From positions 1 to 64,000 of the forward strand of contig RQSC01000806.1 of the NCBI GenBank assembly GCA_013416795.1: a stretch of 64,000 nucleotides of DNA, written 5' to 3'. Positions 52,158 through 63,800 of this stretch are shown here, in pieces. The stretch comes from Prasinococcaceae sp. CCMP 1430. Taxonomy: Eukaryota > Plantae > Prasinodermophyta. The first letter of the stretch is position 1, and the number at the start of each line of letters is the position of its first letter. A program made the position numbers and the translations under genes. The notes below the pieces were generated by a model that did no database searches, was not told where the DNA came from, and saw only the letters and a program-made list of their open reading frames with translations.

Positions 52158-55100
52158 TCATCCGAGGGTGATGAAGTGCCTCTCGCGCGGCTGCGGCCAG
52201 GCCTCAACAGGCTTGGGCGGAGGGGTCCCAGGTGGTGACTGTGTTTGTCCGTGGGCGTGTGCGGCCTCCGGCTGCAAGAGGGCCTCGGGCAGCTGCCCTG
52301 GCGGGCTCGCATGCGCCGCCTGTGCGTTGAGCGATGCGCGCCGCTCCATTTCCGCCGTGGCCTCAGCCTCCAATTGCGCTTTGTTGGCGGCCTGGGCTGC
52401 AGCGCCGATCGTATCTAAGTCCCCGACGGGCAAAGTGTGCGAGAGCCCAGGCATGAGCGCGCGTAGCCTGGACAGTTCCGCCTCAAGGTCAGCCACACGC
52501 TTGAGCAACGCATCGCGCTCCGCCATGAGCGAGCTCAGCTGCACCTCACTGCCAGCTTCCTGGCCCCTGAGGGCATCAACTTCACCCTCAAGCGCCGCGG
52601 CCTCATCCTTGAAGTAGCGGAGGGACTTGGTCACAGTCGCGAGCTGCCTGGCGAGCTCGGCGCTCTCCTCCTCCAAATCGTGTGCTTCGGCTTCGAGGGC
52701 GATGGCGCGCGCTTGCGCGCCACGCAGGGCGGCCAATTCCTCGATCAGCCTCGCGATTTCACGCTCGTGGTGAGACACTGTGTCCGCCACCGCATTGCGC
52801 TCTCGCAGCAGTAGCTCGTAGTCCGTGCGTGCCTGCGCCAGCGCGCCTTCCAGCCTAGCGCGCTCTGCTTCCAGTGATGCCCTGGCTGCCTCCGCTTCGC
52901 GCCTGAAGGTATCGTACTCGCCCTGGACGCCCGCGCGTGCCACCTGCTCGTCCCTAAGCAGGCGCTTGAGCTTGGCACGCTTGAGCTTCTCGCGTTTGAG
53001 ATCTTCCTCGTGTCGAGACGCGCCGAGCGCGTACAACTTGGCCTGCAGCTCGTCGATCGTCGACTTGGCGATGCTCAGCTCAGCAGCAAGCCGCTCCGCC
53101 TCATCCCTGGCAGCTCGGAGCTCGCTAGTCGCATCGCCGAGCTGCGCATTGAGCCCTTCGAGCTCACTCGAGAGTCCTGCCGCCCGTGCGGCCGTCTGCT
53201 TCGCTTCTGCATCAGCTTCCTCCCGCAAGCGTGCAAGTTGCGCCTGTGTGTCGTCGTGCTCCGCCTGTTTGGCTGCGAGTGCGTCCTCGAGCTGTTTGCG
53301 CAGAGCGGCGAGCTCCCCCTCACGTGCCTGCGCGGCCCTGTGATCAGCATCCAGCTTGGCGGCCCGATGGGCCTCCGCGGCAAGCTTCTCCTCGAGGGCC
53401 GCGCGCTCCTCCTCAAGCGCCTTCGCCCGCGCCTCCAGATCGCCAACTTTGCCGGTGTTGACTGCCTCGCGCGCCGCGCGTTCCTCGATCTCTGCGCGCT
53501 GGGCTGCGGCGTCCGCTTCGAGCTTCTTCAGTGCCTCCTCCATCGCCGCGCGCTCCGCGGCCGCATTCGCCCTGGCTTCCTCAAGCTCTTCTTGTAGACG
53601 CTCGCTCTCAGCTTGACGCTCGGCAGCCTCACGAGCATGCTTCTCCTCCTGGGCAGCCTTGTCGCTTGCCGCCTGTTTGCGCACAGCCTCGGCCTCGGCC
53701 CGCGCGGCGGCGAGCTCCATTTCGGTCTTCTTGCGCACCTGTTCAGCAGCGGCGGCGCCCTCCTCGCCCCCCTTGCGCAACGCCTCCGCCTCAGCAGCGA
53801 GCATATCCTTGTCCCTGGCGAGCACGTCGAGCTCACGCGCCAAGCGCTCCTGCTCCGCCGTCGCCGCGGCATCGGCGTTGGCCTTTTCCTTCTCAAGCCG
53901 CGCGCGTTCCTTCTCGGCCTCCTTGACGGCGGCCGCGTGCTGCTTCTGCAGATGGGCGAGCTGGGCCGCGGCATCCTCACCCTGCGAGCTCGCTGCCGCT
54001 AGGCGCTCCTGCAGCTCCTTGCCTTCCTTCTCCTTCGCGCGCAACAGCTCACCCTTCTCCTTTGCGAGATTGTCGCGCTCCTGGGCGAGGCGGTCGGCCT
54101 CTGCTTTGGCACGCTTCTCCAGTGCTTGCTTTTCGGCAGCGAGGCGCTTCTGCTCGGCCTCGGCGGCGGCCTTGAGCTCCGCCTTCTCCTTCGATAGCCG
54201 CTCTTGCTCGGCCTTGGCGGCGGCCTCGAGCTCCGCCTTCTCCTTCGATAGCCGCTCTTGCTCGGCCTTGGCGGCGGCCTCGAGCTCCACCTTCTCCTTC
54301 GACAGCCGCTCTTGCTCGGCCTTGGCGGCGGCCTCGAGCTCCGCCTTCTCCTTCGACAGCCGCTCTTGCTCGGCCTTGGCGGCGGCCTGGAGCTTGGCCT
54401 TTTCGCGTTCCTTGGCCGCCTTGAGCTCCGCCTGGCCTTTGCCTGCCGCGTCCAACTCGGCCGCCTTTTCGGCCGCCAGGCGTTTGCCGTTTTTAACAGC
54501 TGCCTCCTTCTCGCGCTCCGCCTCCGCGAGTTTGGCTTCCAACACTGCCTTTTCCCGCGCACATATCTCCTGGGCAGCTTTTGCAGCCTTGGCTGCCTCT
54601 TCCTGCGCCCTCTTGCGCTCCTGCAGATCGGCTGCGAGTCGGTCAATATCTCTCTTCGCGCCCGCCGACATCTCCTCTTTCTCCGCGGCGGCAGCGCTCG
54701 CAGCCTCCGCGGCCTCGGCCGCGAGGCGCTCGCGCTCGACGCGCGCGGCTTCCGCGGCCTCGGCGAGCTCTTTCTGCAGCTTTTCTTTCATGGCCTTGGC
54801 ATTTCCCTCGAGCTCGGCACGCTGGAGCTCTTTGGAGGCCTCGAGATCCTTTTGCTTTTTGGCGGCCTCGTCAGCTTTCTCCTTCGCCTCCCGATCTTTG
54901 ATCGCCTCCATCTCCTTGAGCTGTCTCGCCCATGCCTCGCTAGATTCATCGGCGGACTTCTTGAGCGCCGCCTTGTCCCTCTCAGCGGCTTCCAAGGCGG
55001 CGTCGAGCTCCTGCGCACGCTTGGCGTTCTTCAGCTCGCGCTCGAGCGCATCGCGCAGCTCGTCCTGGAGGCCGTCCGTGACGGACTCCGCGGCCCAGAT

Positions 55101-56057
55101 GTGAATCTTGTCCTTGCCGAAGATCCACACGCTCCAGCCGATGCGCAGAGCACAGCGAACATAACCATTCATCTCGAGCGTGTGCAAGAGCTGCCGGCTC
55201 TCCACTGACCAGCAGTTCACCTTGCTGTCACCCGAGGTGAAGGCCACGCGCCCCATCATCGTGATGGTGGCGACCGGACCGCGATGGGCGTTGAAGGATG
55301 TCACATTGCCGCGCGAGCGGCGATCCCACACGCGGACGTCGCCATCCTCGCCGCCGCTCCACACGTGGTGCTGCCCGACGGCGCACAGCGCGCCGACACT
55401 CTTCGAGTGGCCGGACAGGGTCACGCAGCCGCGCTGGTCGCCCGAGCTGTCCCCATCCGACGCTTGGTCGGTTGCCGCACCGTCGGAGTCCTCCCACACG
55501 CCTACGACCTTATCGGCGCCTCCAGTCCACACGAGAGTCGGGTCGGCCTTCAATCCGGCGGACGGCGGCGGGTCGAGCACGAGCAGCGCCTGGACGAGCG
55601 CGTGGTGGTGGCCGCGCGCCGCGAGCTGCTCGCCGACGTAGCTCCACTTCCGCACCTTGAAGTCGGCGCCGCCGGTGTACACGGCGTCCTTCCCCGCGCT
55701 CATGCACGTGATGCCGCCGTTGTGCGCTCGCCAGCGCTTGATGACCTCTGCGGTGTCTGCCGAGAACACGTGCAGGTCGCCGTCCGCGCACCCGACCCAC
55801 ACCTCTCGCCCGCTTACGGCGGCCATGCAGTGCGGCACAGCGGTGCACTTCCCGAATTGCGTGTGCGTGCCCTGGTCCGCGCTGAGCCTGCGCATGCTGC
55901 CCTGGCGGTCCGCGCCAAACACCCATCCGCTGCGCGTGTCATGGCACGCCGTCTTGAATGCCGAGTCTAGCGTCGCGACCTCGGCGATGCCCAGGAAGTG
56001 CCTCTGCTGCTCCGCCGCGGCGGGCGCCTCCTGGCGCTTGAAGGCCCCCACCTGCAT
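52158..56057 (-). CDS. WD40-repeat protein with very long C-terminal coiled coil
   Basis: The N-terminal ~330 aa carry WD40 repeats (VWVGCADGDLHVF, VYTGGADFKVRKW, VWSGGEDGDVRVWD); about 900 aa of E/K/A/R heptad-rich sequence follow. Confidence 0.85.
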   Translation of the reverse strand: MQVGAFKRQEAPAAAEQQRHFLGIAEVATLDSAFKTACHDTRSGWVFGADRQGSMRRLSADQGTHTQFGKCTAVPHCMAAVSGREVWVGCADGDLHVFSADTAEVIKRWRAHNGGITCMSAGKDAVYTGGADFKVRKWSYVGEQLAARGHHHALVQALLVLDPPPSAGLKADPTLVWTGGADKVVGVWEDSDGAATDQASDGDSSGDQRGCVTLSGHSKSVGALCAVGQHHVWSGGEDGDVRVWDRRSRGNVTSFNAHRGPVATITMMGRVAFTSGDSKVNCWSVESRQLLHTLEMNGYVRCALRIGWSVWIFGKDKIHIWAAESVTDGLQDELRDALERELKNAKRAQELDAALEAAERDKAALKKSADESSEAWARQLKEMEAIKDREAKEKADEAAKKQKDLEASKELQRAELEGNAKAMKEKLQKELAEAAEAARVERERLAAEAAEAASAAAAEKEEMSAGAKRDIDRLAADLQERKRAQEEAAKAAKAAQEICAREKAVLEAKLAEAEREKEAAVKNGKRLAAEKAAELDAAGKGQAELKAAKEREKAKLQAAAKAEQERLSKEKAELEAAAKAEQERLSKEKVELEAAAKAEQERLSKEKAELEAAAKAEQERLSKEKAELKAAAEAEQKRLAAEKQALEKRAKAEADRLAQERDNLAKEKGELLRAKEKEGKELQERLAAASSQGEDAAAQLAHLQKQHAAAVKEAEKERARLEKEKANADAAATAEQERLARELDVLARDKDMLAAEAEALRKGGEEGAAAAEQVRKKTEMELAAARAEAEAVRKQAASDKAAQEEKHAREAAERQAESERLQEELEEARANAAAERAAMEEALKKLEADAAAQRAEIEERAAREAVNTGKVGDLEARAKALEEERAALEEKLAAEAHRAAKLDADHRAAQAREGELAALRKQLEDALAAKQAEHDDTQAQLARLREEADAEAKQTAARAAGLSSELEGLNAQLGDATSELRAARDEAERLAAELSIAKSTIDELQAKLYALGASRHEEDLKREKLKRAKLKRLLRDEQVARAGVQGEYDTFRREAEAARASLEAERARLEGALAQARTDYELLLRERNAVADTVSHHEREIARLIEELAALRGAQARAIALEAEAHDLEEESAELARQLATVTKSLRYFKDEAAALEGEVDALRGQEAGSEVQLSSLMAERDALLKRVADLEAELSRLRALMPGLSHTLPVGDLDTIGAAAQAANKAQLEAEATAEMERRASLNAQAAHASPPGQLPEALLQPEAAHAHGQTQSPPGTPPPKPVEAWPQPRERHFITLG
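54163..54390 (-). repeat. 54-bp coding tandem repeat (AAAKAEQERLSKEKAELE, about 4 copies)
   Basis: Near-identical 54-nt units, e.g. at 54181 and 54235. Confidence 0.9.
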
Positions 56058-56474
56058 GGCGACCGGCCGTGGCCGCGCCGCAGCGCCCGCCCGACTCTCC
56101 GGCTCTCCGCTACTCTCACCCACCCAGCACCTCCCCACACCCCCCGCGCCCCCCCGGACCTCACGCCGGTCGAGAGGAGGGCGTGAGAAACGCCCTCCCT
56201 TGCCGGGCGCGGCCGACCGCTGGGGGGAGGGGTAAGGGGGTGGGGGGTGGGGGGTGGGGGGGTAGGGGCGCTGCGCTCGCGCGCGCTGTGGCACTGCGCC
56301 GCAGGATTGCACGCTGTTCAAACCGCGGCAGGGCAGCGTCGATCGAGGTTACGGTTTCGCACGACATCGTCTCCCGTCAGTACCTTTGCCACTCATTTAC
56401 CATTCAAATTGAGCGCATTCCGACGACGAGGCCGGCGGTGCGAAGGCGGAGGCGTCGCTCTTTATGGTACGATT

Positions 56475-56484
56475 GTTAGGGTTA
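56475..56484. promoter_or_regulatory. Telo-box-like GTTAGGGTTA
   Basis: Same 10-mer as 24467-24476, in an AT-richer divergent promoter region. Confidence 0.35.
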
Positions 56485-56923
56485 AATTGGTATATCAAAT
56501 CGCCTTGGTGGCCCCGCACCCCACCCCACCCCGCCCCACCCCATCCCCCGCGGCCTGGGGGATCCGCTCCTTTCTCATAAACCCTATCATGAGCCTTCGG
56601 CCGACATAACCTCAAACACGACCCAAACCACCCCGCACAAATATCGACGGCAAAAGATCTGCTGCTGCCTGGGGGCCAACACCCGCTCCGCGATCGATCC
56701 CGCGGTTCGACGCGGAAATGCGTCGGCTTCCGAAGATTTGACTTTGGTTGCATATCAAAATGCATCCTTATGGCGAGGTGATAATTAACAGAAAGGTATT
56801 TCGCGAAAAGGGGAAGGGCGTCGTCCACGTGGCCGTTGGAGTTTATCGGGTCGGTGCGGGCGCGGGCGCGCGCGGCGCCACAGCGCGCGCGGCCCTCGCC
56901 GCTCCCCGCTGTCGGTGCGTGGG

Positions 56924-57229
56924 NNNNNNNNNNNNNNNNNNNNNNNNNNNNNNNNNNNNNNNNNNNNNNNNNNNNNNNNNNNNNNNNNNNNNNNNNNNNN
57001 NNNNNNNNNNNNNNNNNNNNNNNNNNNNNNNNNNNNNNNNNNNNNNNNNNNNNNNNNNNNNNNNNNNNNNNNNNNNNNNNNNNNNNNNNNNNNNNNNNNN
57101 NNNNNNNNNNNNNNNNNNNNNNNNNNNNNNNNNNNNNNNNNNNNNNNNNNNNNNNNNNNNNNNNNNNNNNNNNNNNNNNNNNNNNNNNNNNNNNNNNNNN
57201 NNNNNNNNNNNNNNNNNNNNNNNNNNNNN
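56924..57229. other. Assembly gap (N run)
   Basis: 306 Ns. Confidence 1.
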
Positions 57230-58250
57230 GCCCGCGCCGCGCGCGTCGGCGGAAGCTGCGGTCGCCGAGGCGGTGGCGCCGGTGCGCGACGACCGGCGCG
57301 AGGCGCGAGGGGAGGCGGCGGCCCCCGCTGGGGCTCCCCCCGCCGGCGTCGAGGCCAGGGTGGAGGCCGTCGCCGCAAAGGTGGAGGCGGCCATCAACCA
57401 CGCCTTCGTCGAGGCGGTCGCCTGGGGCTTGGAGAGGATGTACCCGGCCGACGAGGGCTCGCAGGCCGGCGCGGACGGCGGCGTGTCGCAGCGCACGTAC
57501 GCGCGCTTCTACGTGCTCGAGACGATCGCCCGCGTACCCTACTTCTCCTTCCTCTCCGCGCTGCACCTGTGGGAGACGGTCGGCTGGTGGCGCCAGGCGG
57601 ACTACCTGAAGGTGCACTTCGCACAGACCTTCAACGAGCTGCACCACCTGCTCATCATGGAGGCGCTCGGTGGGAACGACAAGTACGTCGACCGTTTCTT
57701 CGCGCAGCACGCGGCGGTCTTCTACTACATGTACTGCCTGGTGGTCTACATGTTCAGCCCGCGCATGGCGTACAACTTTCAGGAACAGGTGGAGGAGCAC
57801 GCCTTCGCGACGTACGACAACTTCCTGAAGACGCACGGCGACGCCCTGCGCGAGCTGCCTGCGCCGTCGCCGGCGCGCGCGTACTACACGTATGGCGACT
57901 TGTACTTGTTCCACGAGTTTCAGACGGAGACCGAGGTGCCCGACTTCCGTCGTCCGCGGGTGGAGACGCTCTACGACACCTTCGTCGCGGTCAGAGACGA
58001 CGAAGCCGAGCACATGAAGACCATGGCGGCCTGCCAGACTCCCGACGGTATTCGTTCGCCGCACAGCGAAGCGATGAGAAGCTCCGCGTGCGACGTCATA
58101 CCGGACGGCGATGGCGGCAGCGAGTGCCATGACGCATTCGACAGCATCGGCACCGGATCAATGAGCAATCAGTGCCGCGGTCTGCTCGACTGCGTCATCA
58201 ACAGCCCCACGGGCAAGGTGGCCAAGCCCGGCGGCGACAGCAGCGACTGA
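57230..58250 (+). CDS. PTOX: Plastid terminal oxidase (alternative-oxidase family), 5' end in the gap
   Basis: YARFYVLETIARVPYFSF, NELHHLLIME, EQVEEHAF and RDDEAEH di-iron ligands. Confidence 0.95.
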
Positions 58251-58501
58251 GGTGGGCGTGTGCGCGGCCCCGCGCCATCCCGAGCCCGCATTGCAGCCAG
58301 GGGCGCGCGACCGATAGCGCAACTCTGCCGCGTTCGGGTGGCTTTGGCGACTCAGCATCCCATTGTGTGTGTACACTGTACAAAATTACTCGAGAGAGAG
58401 AGGTTCCTCGAGGGGTAAAATACATAGCGAGAAGAGAGAAAAAGAGTGAGCACGCTCTTCCTTCACAAATCAGCAGCCCCTGACCACCGCCCAGCCGCGC
58501 G

Positions 58502-60730
58502 CTATTTGGCCGCAAGCTCGCTGACGCGTGCATGCGCCTCGGCCAAAGCTGCGGGCACGCCGCGCCCCGCGCGCCGCAGCGCCTCTGCAAAACCGGCAGA
58601 GACCGCCTCCCCCCCGCCGCGCGCGGCGACGAGCGCACCGATGCGCTCTCGCACGCCATCGCTGAGCTCCTCGCGCGCAGCGACAATGCCCAGGCCGCGC
58701 AGCAGCGGCGGCGGCAAGTCGCCCCCCTCGATCATCCACAGAAAATCCAAGGCGAGCTCCTGCGTGTCCGCTGGCAGCGACACGAACGCGCCCATCACCA
58801 CCCTGCTTCCGCCACTAGGGCCGGCGTCGCCGCTTCCCTCCGTTTCGGCCGCGAGGCGGGTAGCGAAGAGCGGTGCGAGTGCCGGTCGCATCTCTGCGAG
58901 CGCCTCGGCCGCGGGCGTGTCGGAGCGTGCGCGCGCCGCACGCTCGTGGAGCGCGCGCAGCAGCACCGCGGTCGCGCGCGCGTTCTTGGCGCCAAGCTTC
59001 CATAGCATGCGCGGCGCGCCGCCCAACCACTGCGGCAGCGCGGCGGGTGCCGCAGTGGCCTCGCGTGCGGCGGCAGCCACCAGAAACTGCACGAGCGGCA
59101 GCGTGGTGGCGGCGGCAGCACCACACTTGGATTGCACCTCGGCCGCTGCGCCAACGAGCGCCGCGCGCTGCTCGCCGGGCAGCGCCCCCGATGCAACCTC
59201 CGCGCACGCTAGCGCGCGCGCGAGAGCCGCTGCGCCACCGGCGCTACGGTCACCCTTTGCCTCGCGCAGCGCTCCGACGAGGTATTCGGTGAGCGTGCTC
59301 ACCCACCGCTGCACGCAGGGCGCGCCGCCCGCCGCGGCCGACTCCGCCGCCGCTGCCGCGCACAGCATCTCGGCAGACGCGTGGTCGAGAGCGCGCAGCA
59401 GGCTGTGCACCTCGTCGGCGGCCTTCTCAGTCTTGCCGCCGCTCGCCTCAGCGCCCGCACCACCCCTCCCGCCAGCGGTTGCCCTGGCGGCCGCCTTGGC
59501 CAGAGGGAAATGTTTCGAGCAGCGCTCAGCGGCGTCGCCCAGCGCCGCCGGGTCGCCGGAACCGGCGAGCCTCGCGCAGCCCAGCGCAGCGCGCGCCACG
59601 CGCAGTGCCTGTTGGTCCGTGCGGACGCTGCCGGCGCCCGGCCCGGCCGCCGGGATGTACTCGCTGTAGAGCTTGAGCGCGGCAGGGCAGAGTGCGGCGA
59701 GCTGCGGGGGGAGCACGCTGCCGCCGCCCGCGCCCGCTCCGGCCCCGTCCGCGCCTGATGCGGTACCCGCGCGGCGCGCGCGCCTGAAGTGCGGTCCCAG
59801 CGCGTTTGCGCTTGGCACCGTGCCCCAAGTCCACGAATTTTGCGAGTCATGAGCGCTACCGCCGACAGCGCCACCGGTGGCACTTCGGCCTCTTCCGTCG
59901 ATCACGCCCGCGTCGTCACCACCTGCGCTGCTGCCGCCGCCGGCACCGGCTGCGCGCAGCAGCGCGACAGCGGCGTCGAGGAAGCCAAGGACCTCTGCGG
60001 GACGCGCCGCGGATGCAGCGCCACCGCTCTGCGAAGACGTCGTGAGGCGCTCGCCTGTCTGCTGCAGGAGCTCCGCCGCGGCGCCGTCACCCCAGCTGCC
60101 GGCCGCGGCGGTTGACGCTTCCGCCCCGCCGCTGGCGGTCGCGTCCGCTCTGCGGGCTCGCGCAGCCGTCGAAGGATACGCGCCGAGCAGCATCGCCACG
60201 ATGCCGAGGCCGTCGATGCGCACCGCTCGGCGCTGCGAGGTGGCCGCCGCGGCGGCGTGCGCGAGCATGAGGGGCACGAAAGGTGCTGCCGCATCCTCCT
60301 CGAGCGCTGGAAGCACGTGCTCCGCCAGCAGCTGCTTGAGCGCCGCGCGAACCACGTTGGCGTCGTCTGCGGCGCGCTGTGCGAGCACGGGCAGCACGCG
60401 TGCGGCATGGCGCCGCAGTGCCGTGGGGCGCGCGGCGGCGAGCTCGCCGATGCCCGCGAGTGCCGCCGCGCGCACCTTTTCGCTGTAGTGCGCGCTCTGC
60501 GCCAGCAGCTCCGCCAGCGACTGGCCCCTCTTGGTCAAGCCCTCGTCGGCGGCCGCCGCGCTCTTGTCCAGGCCGAGGTTCTGCTCGTGCAGCGAGATGG
60601 CCTTGGCGGTGAACGACGTGTCCGTCACGGAGGCAGCGGGCTTGACCTGCTTGCCGACCTTCGACTTCACACGCTTGAAGTCGACCGCCATCTTGGACTT
60701 GCCCTTGGTCTTGGCGCCCTTGCGCCCCAT
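58502..60730 (-). CDS. TEX10: Pre-rRNA processing protein Ipi1/TEX10-like (Rix1 complex)
   Basis: DFKRVKSKVGKQVKPAASVTDTSFTAKAISLHEQ, LLAQSAHYSEKVRAAALAGI and VRIDGL; HEAT-like helical repeats follow. Confidence 0.85.
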   Translation of the reverse strand: MGRKGAKTKGKSKMAVDFKRVKSKVGKQVKPAASVTDTSFTAKAISLHEQNLGLDKSAAAADEGLTKRGQSLAELLAQSAHYSEKVRAAALAGIGELAAARPTALRRHAARVLPVLAQRAADDANVVRAALKQLLAEHVLPALEEDAAAPFVPLMLAHAAAAATSQRRAVRIDGLGIVAMLLGAYPSTAARARRADATASGGAEASTAAAGSWGDGAAAELLQQTGERLTTSSQSGGAASAARPAEVLGFLDAAVALLRAAGAGGGSSAGGDDAGVIDGRGRSATGGAVGGSAHDSQNSWTWGTVPSANALGPHFRRARRAGTASGADGAGAGAGGGSVLPPQLAALCPAALKLYSEYIPAAGPGAGSVRTDQQALRVARAALGCARLAGSGDPAALGDAAERCSKHFPLAKAAARATAGGRGGAGAEASGGKTEKAADEVHSLLRALDHASAEMLCAAAAAESAAAGGAPCVQRWVSTLTEYLVGALREAKGDRSAGGAAALARALACAEVASGALPGEQRAALVGAAAEVQSKCGAAAATTLPLVQFLVAAAAREATAAPAALPQWLGGAPRMLWKLGAKNARATAVLLRALHERAARARSDTPAAEALAEMRPALAPLFATRLAAETEGSGDAGPSGGSRVVMGAFVSLPADTQELALDFLWMIEGGDLPPPLLRGLGIVAAREELSDGVRERIGALVAARGGGEAVSAGFAEALRRAGRGVPAALAEAHARVSELAAK

Positions 60731-61300
60731 GGCGGCGCCCCCGCCAGGGCCCGCTGGCCGCCGCCAAGCGAGCCACACACCCGCCCCCCCGCCCCCCCCC
60801 GCGCGCCCGCAGCGGGAGGGCGCCTACGCGCCCACGCACACACTAGCGCCCACGCGTGCGGCGCACGCGCGCGCGCGCGCCTGCAGAGTGCGCAGGGAGG
60901 ATCGGGAGGGGGGAGGCCCCGCACGTGCGCCGTGTGCCGCCGCCGCCCAGCCGCCGCCGCCGCCGCCGCCCCCCATCCGAACCTGCGACCCAAACGCATG
61001 TCGTTTGACCGAGATTTTACCCCGGTCTATGCGTGGAATTACCGGGTCATCTGAGCAGACCCGCTTTTGTACGACCGGTGCGGCGCGTAAGACCGTGTTT
61101 GGAAAGGGGTCACATTATCTGGTGTGGGGCTGTCGCAGCCACACAGTGCGCCACACTCGAGACGGGCGGCGGGGGGTGAAGGCGGGCGCTCCGCTCGGTG
61201 CATCTCCCCCTCTCCCGTGGACCGAACCCCTCCGGCGCCTCCCTCGCTTCCCTCCGCCCCGCGCGCGCCGCGCCGACAAGGCCGAGCGGTGCCGCCGCGC

Positions 61301-61354
61301 GAGGGGGGGGGGGGGGGGGGGGGGGGGGAGGGGGGGGGGGGGGGGGGGGGGGGG
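61301..61354. repeat. Poly-G tract in a divergent promoter/5' UTR
   Basis: About 50 nearly uninterrupted G; the length is unreliable. Confidence 0.85.
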
Positions 61355-61357
61355 ACG

Positions 61358-63163
61358 ATGGCGGCGGCAGGGACGGCGCCCGCGGCGCGCTCGGCGAGTG
61401 TCGCCGCGCGGGGGGGAGGGCGGTGGGGGACGTGTCGGGCGGCGAGACGCGGTGCGTGCGCGCTTGCGTGTGTGGGGCGTGCGGAGGCGGAGGCCTGCGC
61501 GTGAGCGCGGGCGAGGGCGTAGGGCATGGGGCGGGGCCGGGGGCGTTGGTATGCGCACTGACGCTCGCGTTCACTCGATTCCTAGCGCTGACCGCGCGTG
61601 GCCCTGCCCCGCGCGTGGTGCACCGCGTAGCTGCCGCCGCGAGTGCGGCGGCTGGCGCTTCCGCGTCATCGCACGCAGCATCCCTCGCGGCCATGCACGC
61701 ACGCACGGTGGACCGCCCTGCGGCGCGCCTCAATGCTGTGCTCGAGCTCGTCGGCGTGCGGGGCACGCCGGGCGCCGAGGCGCTCGCAGCGGCTGCGGCG
61801 TACCTCGCTGTGCTGCGCGCGGAGAGCGACGCGCGCGGTCCGGACGAGGAAGGCGCGCAGGTCACGGCGAACGCGCTCACGGGCTTGCTCTTCCGCGCGT
61901 TTGAGTGGTTGTGGGACGACCCGAAGAGGGGCGAGGCAGACTGGGCGCTCGCGAGAATTGCGCACGCGCAGCTCGACGTGCTGGTGCTGAGCGCCGCCGG
62001 CGATGACGATGAGGACGATGAGGGCGATGAGGACGGCAGCTTGGCGCCAGCTGCCACGGCGCGCGGTGCGGCGGCGGGTTGGAGGCGCGCTGACGAGCCA
62101 GCGCTCGCTGAGGTGGATGTGGGGTACCTTGCCGCTATCACGCCAGCTCTGACGTCTGACGGCGTGGCGGCGCTCGACCGCGCCAACGTAGCCGTGAGAA
62201 GGCGATTGGAGGAGAAGGCCGGCACGACCGACGGTGCGCGGCTGCGCGAGCCTTTGGAGGGCGCGCCGGTGCGCTCCGCTATCCCCCGCATACGCGCGCT
62301 GCTACGTGCGGTTGCGCTGCGTGTGCTGACGCTCCCGGCCGCCGCTATGCGCCATGCGTGTCTCATCCCGTGCATCCCTATCACAGCGATGGACTCGGTC
62401 GAGTGCGCGCATGCGCTCGTTGGCGCGCGAGCGACGCTGGTTGCCGCCCTCGGCTCGGGCCTGCGCAACGATTGCAGCGACGCCTCGCTCGCAATGCGAC
62501 AGCGCTTCCGCCAGGCGGAGCAGGCGCTCGAGAGGCAAGCTGCTTCCATGCTCGCTGATGCGCTCGACAACGCGCGCCTCGAAGGTGCGATCGCCGTGGC
62601 AGTCACGCCCTCGTGGCGCAGGTGGCTATGAACGCGGGCTCGCTCACAAACGTGCTCGTGTGTACGTGCTGACTCGCGCCGCGCGCGCCGTCATAGGCGC
62701 CGGGGCCGACGCGCTGAGCGCGTACAAGACGCTTCGTGGCAACGAGGGCGCGGCTGTGGTGAGCGCCGCGCGGCTGTGCGCTCGCTCTCTTGCTCTCTGC
62801 GAGTGGCAAGAGGCGCAGTGCGCGCGCGCCGAGGCCGCCCTCGACGCGACGGACCCGCGCGTGGCAGCCAGCCGCGCCGGAGTCGCGCCGGACGATCTCA
62901 GCCAGGCGGCGGCCTCCGCCGCCGCGACGGCCGCCATGGAGTCTGCTGCTGCGGCTGCGAGTGCACTGCACGCCGCCGGCGACACGTGGCACTCAGGCGC
63001 GGGCGGGGCGCTCATCGCTGAGGCGCTCGGCGTGCTCAGCGCGGAGCTCGCGCTGGACGACGAGGTGGCAACCAGCGCGGAGGCGAACCTCTTTGCGGGG
63101 GGGGCGCACGGGCAGGCGATGCGCGCGGCGGAGGCGCTGCGCTCGCTCGCGCCGCAGGCCTGA
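61358..63163 (+). CDS. Uncharacterised helical protein with transit-peptide-like N-terminus, 3 exons
   Basis: Exons 61358-61451, 61586-62584 and 62697-63163; both introns have GTGCG donors, TAG acceptors and consistent phase 1. Confidence 0.65.
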
Positions 63164-63602
63164 TGTGCGCCGGCGCCCAGCTGCTCACAAGGCCGCGGCG
63201 AGGGCGCACAATGTGCCAGCTCGCGCATTTAATGTCGCCCGTGGTTAATTTAAACACATAATGACGTCGTGTACGCTCACGTCGCTGCGCACTCGCAACC
63301 AGCACACACGTCGGCAGCCAATAAAACATGCAGCAAGACCAAATCCGACCTTTTCCTTTATCTGCTTTTCTTCCTATAAATGGCGTCTTGAACTCGAACT
63401 GATTTTTTTTTTAAATTTTGAAGTGCTTGGCGTTTTCACCTATTCGTGGTTTTCTTTTGCAATTTTTCGTTTTCTTTTTCTTTTTCTTTTTCTTTGCGGC
63501 GGCGGGGGCGCGCGCGCTTCCGCGCGGCTGTTGGGCGCGAGCCCGGCCGGCAGCCGCGGGACGCGCCGCGCGGCGCGCGCGGCGCGGCGCGGACGCGCCG
63601 CC

Positions 63603-63800
63603 ATGGGGCTCGTGAGGGCAGCGCGCGAGTTCGTGCGGCGGATGATCTCCGACGCCGAGGGGATGAAGGTGCTGCTCGTCGACAAGAGCACAGTGATGAC
63701 GGTCTCCGCGGCGTACTCGCAGTCGGAGATCCTGCAGCAGGAGGTCTTCCTCGTGGAGCAGCTGGGCGACGGCTCCGAAGAGGAGATGCGCCACATGAAG
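63603..63800 (+). CDS. VPS45: Vacuolar protein sorting 45 (Sec1/Munc18 family), first exon; gene runs off the window
   Basis: MGLVRAAREFVRRMISDAEGMKVLLVDKSTVMTVSAAYSQSEILQQEVFLVE..MRHMK followed by a GTGCGC donor. Confidence 0.9.

Noticed and set aside
39842-58250. Functional cluster of plastid redox genes (PGLP1, oxidoreductase, P450, PTOX)
   Set aside because: The genes are interspersed with unrelated housekeeping genes on both strands; there is no evidence of an operon-like or biosynthetic cluster.
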